NCBI GenBank assembly: GCA_025558095.1
Contig: JAIVFI010000038.1
Coordinates: forward strand, 124,001-188,000
Reading direction: 5' to 3'
Source of the DNA: Hyaloraphidium curvatum SAG 235-1
Lineage: Eukaryota; Fungi; Monoblepharomycota
DNA length: 64,000 nucleotides
How positions within the stretch are numbered: position 1 is the first letter of the stretch; every line of letters starts with the position of its first letter. Made by a program: the position numbers and the translations under genes. Below are positions 46,501 to 58,571 of this stretch, one piece after another. Under the pieces are notes generated by a model that saw only the letters and a program-made list of their open reading frames with translations, did not search any database and was not told the DNA's origin.

Positions 46501-49500
46501 TCCCCTTCTCCTTCATCCTCTTCCTCCAACTCCCCTTCCTCGAACTCTTCTTCCGGATTGTCTCCACCATCTCCCTCTTCGACCCATTCCTCCTCGTCGA
46601 CATCCGATTCATCTTCCGATTCGGTTGCGCTGGCGTCCTGCACCGCGATCGCCGCCGGAGCGGGAGCTTTTTCGACCTGCTGCCACCCGGCCTCCTCGGG
46701 CTCCTCGTTCTCGGGTTCGCGCTTCGCGTGCACGCCCGAGCCCTCGGCAGGGAAGTGATCATCGTGCCTCCTCCCAGGCGACGGGTGCTCCGCGCGGTGG
46801 CCCCTCCGGCGCGGCAAACGCGCGACACCGCCGCCCCGGTGGCCTCCGTCGTCCTCCTCGTCGTGGTCTTCGACGGACGACGGCTCGTAGACAACCTGCG
46901 GGATCTGCGTCATGGTTTGGAATCGCGGCGGCGAGATTTGGGCAGGCAGCGGAGCCGGTTTCGGCACGGGGAGCGCAGCCAGCCCAGGGAAAGAAGGTGG
47001 TGCAACGGGGGCCTGTGCCCGCGATTTTTCCAAGAAAACGTCCGGCGACGCAGCTTTCGGAGGTGTCGAGTCCAGACTGGGAGGCTGCTGTAAAGCAAAC
47101 GGCGGTGTGGGCGGCGATGGCGCGGCTGGAAGCGCGGCTGGAACCGTGGGCAACGGAGCCGGCACCTCGGGTGGGGGAGGTTTCGGCCGGCGCTCCCGGA
47201 ACCGCTCCCGCGCCGCGATCACGATCCCGCTCCCGCCGTCCGTGAGCCTCAGCGACGGGCTTTCCTCCGGGTTCTGCAGCTTCACCTCGCCGCGCTCGGC
47301 GAGGGACGCCTGCATGGTCCGCGCGAGCTGGCGCTGGTCCTCCCAGGCGTCGAGCACGTCCTGCACGTCGGGCGCGATCGCTTCCTCCTGCTCGCTCTCG
47401 AGGTTCAGGCCCTCGAGCTCGTCGATGAGGCCGAAGACGCCGGTCCCGAGCGACTTGCGCGGGTCGAAGCTGCGCCCCGGAGCACCGTGCTGCCGGAGCT
47501 GCCGCCGGATGTCGTCGAGGTCGCGGGCGAGATCGGCAATCTGCTTGGTCTTTGCCCGGGCCGTCCTCGTGATGTGGGAAATCGACGTCAGGATGGCTTC
47601 CGTGTCCGTCATTCTGATGGACGATGAGCGTGAGATCGGTGGAGGGTGTAGCGGGCAACGTACCGCGACGGTCGGTCCTTGCCGGACGCGATCCGCTCCA
47701 GGTTGGCCCGCATGAACTCGAGATGCTTGCTGATGTCGCGGATCTGCGTCTCGATCATCTGCACACCAAGATCAGGCACGCGCCGCGCAGCAGCAAGGAT
47801 GGCCACGAACCGCCTTCTTGCTCCGCACGTCGGCCCTCATCTCCTCCGCCTCGGGCCCCAGCCCCTTCATCTGCATCCTCCTCGCCGCCTTGTCGTCCTT
47901 GCCCGCCTTGAGCAGCACCCTCGCGTACTCGGCCTTCTGCTGGATGTCGGGCAGCTTGGCCGTGAGCTCGGCGCGCAGCTCGGCGCGGGCGAGGTTGCCG
48001 TCCTCGACCTCGCGGAGCTCCTGCGAGATCTCTTCGACGGTGCGGTCGAGGTCCGTCGGGGGCCGCGACTCCGAAGCGGCGGCGGAGACCTCGTCCGCAA
48101 ACGCTGCCAGCTCGGCGATCTCGGCGCGGAAGTCGGCGACGATGGCGCGGTACGAGCGGACGATATTGTTGGCCGGCTCGGGCTCGGGTTCCGCAGGTGC
48201 CGGTGCGGGTTTGTCCGCGGGCCTCTTGGCTGCCGCAGCGGGTGCCGGGCCTGCCGGGGCTTTGCTGGGAGGCTGGGTGGAGAGCACTTGGCTGCTGGCT
48301 GCTGGAGCGACGCCCTTGGACGACGTCCCACCCGCATCAACCGCCGCCTTGGCTGCGGTTGCGGAAAGATCGAGCGGCTTCCCGATCGAGACCGCACTCG
48401 CCGACGACGCAGGCTTGCCAAAGGTGGGTATAGGAAGCGGGGCACCGGCAGCCGGCGTCGCGGCCTTCTCCGGCGCCTTCTGTCCAATCTTGTCCGCCGC
48501 AGCCGTGGGAGTCTTGCCGAAGCCAAAGGCTGGTTGCGCAGGGGTTGTCGTCGCTCCGGCCGACGCGGCCGGCGCTGCAGCCCCAAAGGAGAACGAAGGT
48601 TGCGCGGGCTTCGCAGCCGCGGATCCGCCAGAAGCGCCGAACAGGGGCTTCGCATCGCCCGGGCCCGAGGAAGCCGGTGCCGCGCCAAAGAGTCCGCCGG
48701 GCTTGGGCGCCTCCTTCGCAGGCTGTCCAAACAGCGGCTTAACCCCGTCCGCGGCGGGCGCCAAGCCAAAGAGTGGCTTGGACACGTCCGAAGAGGGTGC
48801 GCCAAAGAGTGGCGCTGCCGGCTTCGCCGCGTTTCCGCCGGACGGAGTGCCGAAGAGGCCGCCGGGCTTGGGCACCGGCGCCGCGGGCGTGCCGAAAACC
48901 CCGCCCGGCTTGCCCGCGTCCGCCGCCGGCGTTCCGAAAAGGCCGCCCGGCTTCGTGCCGTCCTTTGCCGCGCCGCCAAACGAGAACGACGGCGCCCCGT
49001 CCGTCTTGGCGGCCGGAGGCGCGACGGCCCCGAAAGAGAGGCCCGGCTGGGCCGCCTCCCCCGCCTTGCCCGCCGCGGGCTTGGGCACCTCCGCCCCCTT
49101 CTTCACCCCCGCATGCACCTGCCCGGCATCCACCACCTCCCACTCGAGCAGCTGCCCCGCGTCGTTCAGGATCGCGAGCACCGGCACCGGCGGCCCGGAC
49201 GGCTTGTCCTCCCCCGGCGCGGGGGGCAGCGGTTCCTCCGAGGTCATGTCCACCGCGATGCCCAGCGCCCCCGTGTCGCGCTCTTCGCCGTCCGGGGGTG
49301 CGAAGCGCGGGAGGACGGCGCTGGCCGCCTCGTCGGGCTTCCAGATCTGCCAGTCGGGGCCGTCCCGGCCCAGGACGACCACGTCGAAGCTGGTGGTCGA
49401 GGCGAGGACGAGGAGGCAGGGGTGCGAGCCGTAGTCTTTGATCGCAGCGGCGTGGTAGCGGGTGCGGAAGGGGGAGTCGTTGGGGAAGAAGGGGTTGGGG

Positions 49501-50517
49501 ATGGGGTGGAAGGTGCGCGAGTGCGCGCCGGTGCCGACGAGGTAGAGCTCGTCCTGGGTATCGTCCGAGTCGAGGAGGTACGAGACGAAGAAGGTGTCGG
49601 CGTCGACCGTGTAGATCTGCGACACGGCTGGCAACCACGCGCGTTAGCGCCGCTCCCGGTCCATGGGCTCCTCCCAGAAGCTCACCTCCGGCGTTTTCCG
49701 GCGGCGAAACCAGCGTTGTGTGCTTCAGATCCTCGGACATCCGCAGAATATCGCCCGTGGAAAGGCCGACGACCAGACCGTCGCCCGACGCGGACCATGC
49801 CAGCGCGGTGAAGGTCGCCCCGCCTTCGGGCGGCGGCACCGGCGTTGCCGTGCCGTCCGCGGAGCATCGGAAAAGCTTGCCGTCCGAGAAAAGCACGGCG
49901 GCCTTTGCGGGATCGACCGGGCTCGGGGCGAGGTCGCGCACGACGGCCGAGGGGCTCGACGCGACCTGCGTCGGATCCGCGCCGGCGGGCTGCGAATGAA
50001 AAGCGGGACGTGCGTCAGAGGGTCAATGAGACTCGGAGGGCGGCAGGAGAGGGCCACCCACCTCGTGCACGAGCCGCGGGACGCTGTAGGCCCGCACGGT
50101 CGCGCCGCCCGACTTTGAGGCGGCGGCGCACCACAGCGTCAGCTCGTCCGCGGACAGCGCGAGGTGCGTGACTGTGCCCGTGCGGACCGCGACTTTTGCT
50201 GCGTCCGGCGTGCCGAGGTCCACGGTCCCCAGCTTGCCCGCCCCGCGCAGCCTCCCGCGCACGGCGGCGGTGGGCAGCCGCACGAAGCCTGGCGCGTCCG
50301 CGGCGTCCGCGGGGGCGGCCGCGCGTCCCGCGAGAGCCGCACCGCCGTCCGCCGCGGCAAAGAGCAGCCCGAAGCGGCGCGCGATGGCCAGCCGCGACGC
50401 GGGCGACAGCGCGCCGCTCAGCGCGTCGCGGGGCGGCGGCGGCGACACCGCGCCCGCCGCGCCGCCCAGCTGCGGCAGCCGCAGGAAGTCCGCGGAGATC
50501 TCCGCCACGTCCGCCAT
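43561..50517 (-). CDS. NUP159: Nucleoporin Nup159/Nup214-like (beta-propeller, FG repeats, coiled coil, acidic region, 3 RanBP2 zinc fingers, C-terminal FG repeats)
   Basis: Propeller N-terminus (LAIARRFGLLFAA, ALAWSASGDGLVVGL, LGIAVDMT), LFG/FSFG repeats, coiled coil with LGPEAEEMRADVR, and SAFG/PAFG repeats. About 5 introns. Confidence 0.85.
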
Positions 50518-50617
50518 GGCGGCGACGCGCGACGCCCTCTGACTGACCACCGACGGGCAACGGTGACTGATCACTCGCACCCGACTCGCACCTGCAGGCA
50601 ACCACCCCCGCCACACG

Positions 50618-51039
50618 ATGCTGGCGGCTCTCCGCCGGGCAATCCTCCCGGCGCTGCGGTCAACCGCGCTGCGAACGCCCGCGCCCGCCGCCCCCGCGAT
50701 GGCGCGCCGCGGCCTCGCGCTGCTGCCCCGCCCCGCCGCGCCGCGCCGCCCCGCCCTCCTCCCGGACTCGCTGCCGCGCCTCGCCTTCCCGGTCGGCCAG
50801 CGCCGCTCCATCTACCAGCTGCCGCGGCGGAGGCGGAAAACGCAGATCCAGAAGGTCGCTTTCAAGGCGCGTACCCCCCATCGTTGCGCCCCTCCCCACG
50901 GTGCTGACCCGCGATGCAGGCAAAGCGGCGACGGCTAAAGGCAAACAAGCCGAACCAGACCCCGCTGAAGGGTGCGTGGACGGGCCGCGCTCGCTCATCC
51001 GACTCTGGCTGACCTCGCCCGGCAGTGTACTACGGATGA
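50618..51039 (+). CDS. Small basic protein with a mitochondrial-presequence-like N-terminus (possibly mitoribosomal)
   Basis: Arg/Ala/Leu-rich leader ending QRRS, then IYQLPRRRRKTQIQKVAFK-AKRRRLKANKPNQTPLK-VYYG*. This needs two short introns, the first with a GC donor. Confidence 0.5.
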
Positions 51040-51083
51040 GGCAGACGCGCTCCAGAAGCCGTTGCCGGTCGGACGATACACGA

Positions 51084-51887
51084 TCAGTAATCGTACTCCT
51101 CCTCGTCGCCCCCGGCGGCCCCACGGGACCGCGCCAGCTCGAGCCGCGCCCGCTTGACCGCCCGGTCGCCGCCGGCCGGCCCGTCCCTCCCCCCCTCCGC
51201 CTCATCGCCCGACCCCGCGCCCTCGGATTCATCGGCATCAAAGTACGCGTCCTGGATGTCCTGCTCGACGATCCGCGGGTCGTCGTTGGCCGGATCCAGG
51301 TCCACCGCGCCGTAGTCAAAGTGCGGGTCCTTGCCCGCGAGCCAGCGGAGCTCCGTCTGCCGGGTGAACTCGCTGACCTCCTCCGGCGTGCCCTCGTCGT
51401 CGCCTTCGTCTTCTTCCCCGTCGTCCTCGTCCTCGGGCGCATCGTCCGCGCCGGAATCGCTGTCACTCTCGAACTCCTCCTCCGTCTCCCTCGCCGCCGC
51501 CTTTGCACGCGCCACCTCGCGCTGGTAGTCCGCCCGGTCGATCCCGGCGTAGATCGAGTCCACGATCGACTGGTTGGCCGCTTGCTTCTCGTGCTCCCGG
51601 GCCTCGGCGCGCTGCCGCTTGCCCTCGGCGAGCTTCTCCAGGAACTCGGTCTCGTAATACGCCGGTTCCCGGTGTCTGATCTCTTCTAGACTGAAGTAGT
51701 CCTTGCTCCGCAGCACGTTGGTGAGGTAGAACAGCCGACGGCTCCGGACACGCTTCGCCGAGACCGGGGACGGGTCGGACGGTTCCGCGGGCCCGTTCGC
51801 GTCGGGCGGAGCCGCGGACGATGCGGAGGGCACGCTCCGGCTCCCGTCTGCCGATTCATCGGGCCCATTCGCCGCGGTGGTGGGCAT
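51084..51887 (-). CDS. CCDC97-like (DUF2052) protein
   Basis: VRSRRLFYL, YFSLEEIRHREPAYYE, acidic linker, then EFTRQTELRWLAGKDPHFDYGAVD..DD..EQDIQDAYFD. Confidence 0.85.
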   Translation of the reverse strand: MPTTAANGPDESADGSRSVPSASSAAPPDANGPAEPSDPSPVSAKRVRSRRLFYLTNVLRSKDYFSLEEIRHREPAYYETEFLEKLAEGKRQRAEAREHEKQAANQSIVDSIYAGIDRADYQREVARAKAAARETEEEFESDSDSGADDAPEDEDDGEEDEGDDEGTPEEVSEFTRQTELRWLAGKDPHFDYGAVDLDPANDDPRIVEQDIQDAYFDADESEGAGSGDEAEGGRDGPAGGDRAVKRARLELARSRGAAGGDEEEYDY

Positions 51888-51904
51888 CGTGTTGAAGTGT
51901 GATG

Positions 51905-54600
51905 TCACCTCCGCTTCGAAACCTTGCCGCCCTTCGCCTTGAAAGGCTTCCCGCCGCCCGGCTTCCCGCCCTTCTTCGCCTTGTTCCCGTGGCGCCCCGT
52001 CTTTTCCCTCCTCTTCTCCTTGAGCTTGCGCTGCTTCATGATCTCCTGCGCCGTGCGCAGCTCCCTCTTGGCGCTCGCCGGCCTCTCGCCGGCCTCGGCA
52101 CCCTTGCCCTTGCGCGCCTGGGACCGCTTCGAGTTGGGGTCCGGCGCCCAGACCTTGTTGTGCCGGTACTTGCGCGCGCCGGGGGCCTGCTGCGCGCCGG
52201 GCGCCGAGTCCAGTTCGCGTTCGCCCGAGCGGGGCAGGGCGATCTTCGTCTTTTTCTGCCACTCCGCGAACCTGCGGGGCGGAAGGCGTCAGATACCGTG
52301 AACGCACGGCGCAGCGACGTAGAATCTCCCGCGGTTTAGTAACCCCGCGCGCGACGTCCCCGAAAGGCCGCGCGGGGGCTAATTGCCGCGGTTCACGCCT
52401 CTTTCCCCACAACCACGCACCTGTTGGACTTGAAGCTCGCCGGCACCCGCTGCCCCGATTCGGTCCGGATCCGCTTGACGTTGTCGCTCCCGACCGTGTC
52501 GCGGACAAAGTTCTTCTTGGCCTTGTCCCACACGAGCTTCCCCTTGCGGGCGCGCGGGTCGGCGAGATCGTCACCGACCAAGTCCGTCGTGGCCGTCGTG
52601 AGCTCGTCGGCAAAGTGCCCGCCGCCGGAGCGGCCGGCCATGGCGTACCCCCGCTCCGTGTCGGCGTCCGGCGCCGAGTAGGAGAGGTAGAAGTCGGGAT
52701 CGCGGAAGGAAGCCGCGGTCTCCGCGGGGTCCGCCTGCTCCAGTTCCGCGAGCGGCGCCGCCCCAGACGGCAAATCCTCCTCCGCCACGGCGGCCTCGGC
52801 GGCCTGGGCCTTTGCCTTGCCGATCACTTTCGAGACGGCCTTGCGGCGGTTCGCCATGACCTGGTTGGTGCCTCGCTTCCCGATCTCAAAGACCGTTTCG
52901 GCAGGGCGAAACTTGGAGATGGATGAAACCAACTCGATGCGGCTCTGCTCAGCCGCATCCATCTTCTCCCGGAAAAGCGGATGTATCGGAAGCTCCTTCA
53001 TCTCCTTGGCGCGCCGAAAAGACTCTTTCGACGCCGCAGGCCGAGTCTTGACGTAGAGTCCGTAGGCCTTGCCGGCCACCCCGACGAGGTTGGAGAGCGT
53101 CGCGTCGGAAGCGATCAGCTTGAGGACGTACTCCGACTCCTGGTCCAGCAACGACTGCGGGACCGTGCCAATGACCAGGTCCTGCGTGTAGTCCGGATCG
53201 TCGGCCATCTCGGCCGCGCGGTGGACGAGCCTCCGGCCCAGGAAAAGCTGCAGGTCCACGAAAAAGGGGACCTCGTCGGGGCTGACCAACGAAAAGGCCC
53301 GCCCGCGTCGTCCGGCCCTGGCAACCCTGCCCACGCGGTGGACAAAGGTCTTTGAGCTCGGGGGAAAGTCGTAGTTGATCACGTTGTCCAGCAGCGGGAT
53401 GTCCACCCCGCGCGCCGCCACGTCCGTGACAATGAGCACCCGCACCTGGCTCTGGCGGAAGCGGGCGAGGTTGGCCTTCCTGGCGGTCTGGTCGAGGCTC
53501 CCGTAGATGTAAGAGTTGGACACGCCCGCGTGGCCCAGCAAAGTCTGCAGGAGCTCGACGTGGTGCTTGGTCGAGACAAACACGATGGTGGACTCCGATT
53601 CCGGAATGATGTAACGGAGCAGATAGACCAACACCGCAGCGCGGGACGAGGGTGGTACGCTGAGGAATAGGCACTCGAGGTCCGGAGACACCTTGGTCTC
53701 GAGGTCGAGACGAACGAGGGTGGGATCGTTCAATCCCGCCTTGGCAAAGTCCGCGAGTATCTTCGGGAGCGTCGCCGAGAAAAGCAGCGTCTGCCTGGTC
53801 GGCGGCAGCTTGTGCAGGATCTCCGTGAGCTGCTGCGAAAATCCGAGCTCGAAAAGCCGGTCCGCCTCGTCAAAGACAACGTACTCCACGGTCTTCAGGT
53901 CCAGGTTCATTTCGATGATCAGGTGCATGAAGCGACCGGGGGTGGCGACGATGCTGGCCGAGAAGCAGTGTCACAACGATGTGCCTCCGGAAGACGAGGC
54001 ACCCTCACATGTCCGGGTTTGTCGCCAGGGCAGCGAACTGCTCCTCCATCCCGTCGCCTCCGACCAGCATGCACGATCTTAAATCGGTGTGCTTGCTCAG
54101 CTCCTTGACGACCTTCAGCGTTTGCAGCGCCAGCTCCCGCGACGGCGACAGGATCAGTCCCCGGGCCCCGACCTGGGCCGAGTGCGCCTTCAGCCGCTCC
54201 ACCATGGGGATGACGAAAGCGGCCGTCTTGCCGCTGCCCGTCCTGGCCATGCCGACGACGTCGCGGCCCTCGAGAACGAGCGGAACTGCTTTCCTCTGGA
54301 TTGGAGTTGGCAGCTTGTACCCCTTCTTCGAGATTGACTTGAGCATTCCATGGCTGAGTCCTTTGGTAGACTTGTCAGCGGTCTTCGCCGGGTAGGAGAG
54401 GTAGAAGACCCACCGAAAGCCGCGAAACCGCCCTGCTTTGCCTGTTTCTTCTTCCGCTGCGGCCGGCCCTCGTCCTCCGAGCTTCCCGGGCCGGCGCCAT
54501 CGCTCCCGCCCGCATCGAGCTCCGTTTCCTCTTCCTCCTGCTCGGGAAGCTCTTCAAAGCGAGGCCTCGAATCCCTCTTCCGCTTCTTCTGGGCAGGCAT
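51905..54600 (-). CDS. DBP10: DEAD-box RNA helicase DBP10/DDX54
   Basis: [52 protein letters not shown] and [13 protein letters not shown]10 C-terminal motif [26 protein letters not shown]. Confidence 0.95.
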
Positions 54601-54758
54601 GGTTGGGGTGTCGTCGATCGCGCGCAGGACAACAACGCAGACAACAACGCAACAATCGCGCCTCGGGACGCTCTCTGGACGGCCTTGGCCTCGGCATCGC
54701 CTTGAATTGCATCGCACCAGGAATTTTGTAGTGTCTGCATGCTTTGCTGGGATCGGAC

Positions 54759-55865
54759 ATGGGAAGACCGGCGGGAACCAGCGTCCGTGACGAGGCTATT
54801 GCGGGGCTCGGGGCCGGAGCGATCTCCACCTTGCTTCTCCATCCGTTGGACCTCATAAAGACTAGGCTTCAAAGTGCGTCCTTCTATCTCTTTGTGGCGG
54901 CCTCATTTTCTCATTCGCGGCTTTGGTGCTTGACGTGGGTTAGTCGATTCCAGCTCCTCGCGGAGGCAGAGGATCGGGGGCACCATGCGCGCCATACGAT
55001 CCGTCCTGGCGGCCGAAGGATCAAGGGGACTGTACCAGGGCTTCTCGCCCAACGTTGTTGGAGCAGCGGTGTCCTGGGGCGTCTATTTCGGGTGGTACGA
55101 GTACGCAAAGGGGCAGTTGCGGGCGCGGAGCGGCGAGGAGCTGTCCATGCCCGAACACTTGGTGGCTGCCGGGGTCGCGGGATGTCTCACCCAAGTCTTC
55201 GTGAATCCCATTTGGGTCGTGAAGACTCGCATGTGCGCGCAAAAGGTCACCGACCCGGACCGCTATCGCAGCCTAGCCGGTAGGAAGTCTCTGGGACCGC
55301 CATTCTTTCTGCAAGCTGACTGGAACGCTCAGATGCCTTTGTGCGGATGTACCGAGGCGAGGGTTTCCTCACCTTTTACCGCGGCCTCATCCCGGCTCTC
55401 GCTGGGACTGCCCACGGGGCGTTGCAGTTTTCCGTGTACGAGGAGCTCAAAGTGCGGGCACGGAGATGGAAGGGCAGCAGAGGGGGTGGCGACTCGCTGG
55501 TGGGTTACGTTACAGGAGCCGGTTTCACCGCATTCCTTTGCTCAAGTGCAAACTCGTCGCAGAACACCGTCGACAACGCCTTGATCGCTGCGGCTTCGAA
55601 AACGGCCGCGACCACCATAACGTACCCGACCCAGGTTCTGCGAAGCAGGCTGCAGGTGCAGCAGGGATCTCTGACGGACGAGTACGCCGGACTGGTCGAT
55701 TTGGTTCGGAAGACGGCCCGGAGGGAAGGCCTCTATGGCTTCTACAAGGGTTTCGCCGCCAACCTGATCCGGGTACTCCCGGGTTCGGTAGTGACATTGG
55801 GAGCGTACGAAGTGATTTCGCGCGCTCTCAGGGCAAGAGGCGCCAGCGAGGCCAGACTTGCATAG
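54759..55865 (+). CDS. FLX1: Mitochondrial FAD/folate carrier (SLC25A32/FLX1-like)
   Basis: Three carrier repeats (HPLDLIKTRLQ, NPIWVVKTRM, YPTQVLRSRLQ), plus SWGVYFGWYE and HGALQFSVYEELK. Three introns. Confidence 0.9.
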
Positions 55866-56808
55866 AGGTATCAGTTACCGCCCCGATCCGGCCGGCTTTT
55901 GTTCGCGATCCGCGCGGGTGGTAGTGCTAAGAGTGGGTCAAGCCCGATCTGGGGCAAGCCAGCCAAGGGAAGGCGTGGGGGAGAGCCGGGGTAGCGATCC
56001 GAGGGCACATCGCCCGTCCACCCCCCGATGCCCGACGTCCGCCGCCGTCCGCCGCCGTCCGCCCGCGGACACCCGCCGTCCGCGCGGAAAAATGCCCAAA
56101 GATAGCGCTGCCGCGTTGGAAGCAGGTCGACATCGTGCTCCTGGTGTGGGAAGGCGGTGGCCAGCGAGGCCCCGACCCGCCCGCTCCCACCCCCCATCGC
56201 GCGCAGACCGCGCACCGTACGACCCCGCTGGCCGTACCGACGACTGCGCACGATATGTCTGCGGGTTCCGGAGGCCGCGGCGGACCCTCGGGTGGCCCCC
56301 GCCGCCCGCCGACCCGGCCGTCCCCCACCGCAGTTACCGGTCTCCCACCACCAGTGCATTTCCCCGCGGCGGTTTTTGCGCCAAATGCATCCGTTCGAAT
56401 GCCCCGTGCTCCAGCCGGCGGCCGGCGGGCTCCCGTTCGCCCCCCGGCGAGAGATGAACGGTTGGCGGAATTGCCCGCGCCGGCCAGGGTAGGGCCGAGC
56501 ACAAAGGCGTCCAAACAAACGCGCTCCGCGCGCAACAACCCCTCGCTGTCGCTCGGGGGCCGCTCCGCGGCCGCGCTGATGCGCGAAGCTACATGTGGAC
56601 AGCGGCGGGGGTACGGGCCTGCGGCGGGCAACGTGCCCGCTGCCGCGGGGCTCGCTAGCGCTCGCGGGCCGCTCCGCGGCAAAGCTACATGGGAAAGGGC
56701 GGCGGGAACGCGGTCGGAATCACTGCTGCGGGGAACGCATCACCTTTTCGCCGCGCGGTTAGAGTCAGTGTCCGTTCGCGCACCAATGTAGAGTCACAGC
56801 GGTGCCAG

Positions 56809-57975
56809 CTACAATGTCATGTCCTGCATCAGGCGGTCCATTTGCTTCTTCTTTCGCTGCGCTTCCTTTTTGGCGCGATCGGCGATCGTTTGCTCCAGGT
56901 CGGGCTTGTACTCCCTGGGGGGGTCGTCATCAATCAGATCGCACCACCGAGTCCCGGCTTCCCGCACCTGAAGTACTCCTCCCTCGCTTCCTGTACCTTT
57001 TCCAAGAGCTCGTCCATCCCGGCGCCCGTCACTGCCGACACGCCGCAGACCCGCAGAGCGTTGTAGAACTCCTCCAGGACCAAGCACATGGAATTGATCA
57101 GCGACGACATGTACGTCGTATCTTCCTGCAGCGCCGCCTGAAAGGTTTCGTAGTCCTTCATCCATTCGAGCGCAAACTCGTGCGAGACCACGTCGGTCTT
57201 GTTGAACACGAGGACGAACGGGAGCTTGGTCTTGTAAAGGATGCTGCAGGCGTACAGCATGTTGGACATGAACGTTGCCGGGCTGGTCGACCGCGGGGTA
57301 TCGATGATGTACGCCACGACGGTGGGGTACGTTGCCGCGAGCGTCTCCGTGATGATGGCCCCCGAGGCCGACCACGTAAAGATCTCGATCTGTCCCGGGG
57401 TGTCGATGAGAATGTGCCTAGACCAGAGACAAGCGCTCAGCAAGGCCGTCTGGGCGGCGCAACCAATATGGGAACGCCTCACGAAAGGTTCGGCGCGCGT
57501 TTCGCGAGGAGATCCAGGACCTGGTCAAACTTGGTCGTGAAGAGGTTGAGGGACGTGAGAATGCCTCCGTTCGGGCCGAGATTGTATCTGGATCCGTTCC
57601 ACGCGCAGCAATGAGCAGTGCGATAGCCACGTCGGTGAAGTGCGAGGCCCCACTGCTTCATGACCTCCTTGTAGTTGATGGTGTCACGAATGTCGATGTT
57701 GGCAGAGTACGGGACCGTTCGAACCGCTGGGTCCAAATTGACCAGGTAGTCCGCTTTCGAAATCGTATGCAGGTGCGAATTGAGCCTCTGCGCGGTTGCC
57801 ACGCGTCAAAGGCGCGTCCGAGAAGGGGGCACCCTCCAAGCACCTGCATGAACGTGGTCTTTCCGCTGCCGGCCATCCCGATCACGAGCAACACAGTCGG
57901 CAGCGCGGCATCTCCCGTTTCTGCTGCAGACGACGAGCTAGGGCCGGCTTCCCCGGGTCCTCCCAGAGAAGACAT
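56809..57975 (-). CDS. NPA3: GPN-loop GTPase 1
   Basis: [64 protein letters not shown] and NKTD. Four introns. Confidence 0.95.
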
Positions 57976-58078
57976 GTTGCTCCTTGTTTATCCTTGTTGA
58001 TCGTCGTCCACTCGAGTCCGAGCAGCGCTGCGCGCGGAACCCCGCCCTTTTCGTTCCCCGGTGGCGGCGGGAGCCGAA

Positions 58079-58567
58079 ATGACGAGCAACGGAAGAGTGC
58101 CGAGTCTGAGGACCCTGTGCCTGCATGCGATTCGGCGCAATCTGAGCATCTTCGACGACTTTGGTGCTGTCCCGTTGGCCCTGCTCAAGCCCGCGTTGGT
58201 GGAGGCGAAAGCGGACAAACTGCGATCCTTGGAGTCGGCCAACGGGTGGTCTGCCGCAGAAGAGCCGGACGTGGACGATCTCTGGGCGGGACTTCTCTGC
58301 CGCGACTTCCCGTCCACCCCGCGACCGGCCAAAGGACACGCGCAGGACGTTTATCTCGCGCAGGAAGCAGCACGGGAAGATCGGCTCAGAATGGTCAAGG
58401 ATAAGCTGCACAAGGAATACGGTTCGAAGGAGCGCGAAAAGCTGGCCCGGCGAACCGTCGAGATCGCGCCTCCGACATCGCGCAAGGCGCGGGCGACAAA
58501 GGTGGACAAGAAAAAAGCGCCCCTGTTTGCGAAAGCTCTGGCGCAGGCACGGCTTGCGATGCGATGA
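58079..58567 (+). CDS. ELA1: Elongin A-like protein
   Basis: BC-box-like VPSLRTLCLHAI, then DFGAVPLALLKPAL..LRSLE..DDLW..RDF and a basic tail. Confidence 0.75.
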   Translation: MTSNGRVPSLRTLCLHAIRRNLSIFDDFGAVPLALLKPALVEAKADKLRSLESANGWSAAEEPDVDDLWAGLLCRDFPSTPRPAKGHAQDVYLAQEAAREDRLRMVKDKLHKEYGSKEREKLARRTVEIAPPTSRKARATKVDKKKAPLFAKALAQARLAMR

Positions 58568-58571
58568 CGCT

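Noticed and set aside
43845-49100. Periodic short repeats that might suggest an array or CRISPR
   Set aside because: They are the coding FG/FxFG repeats of the nucleoporin.
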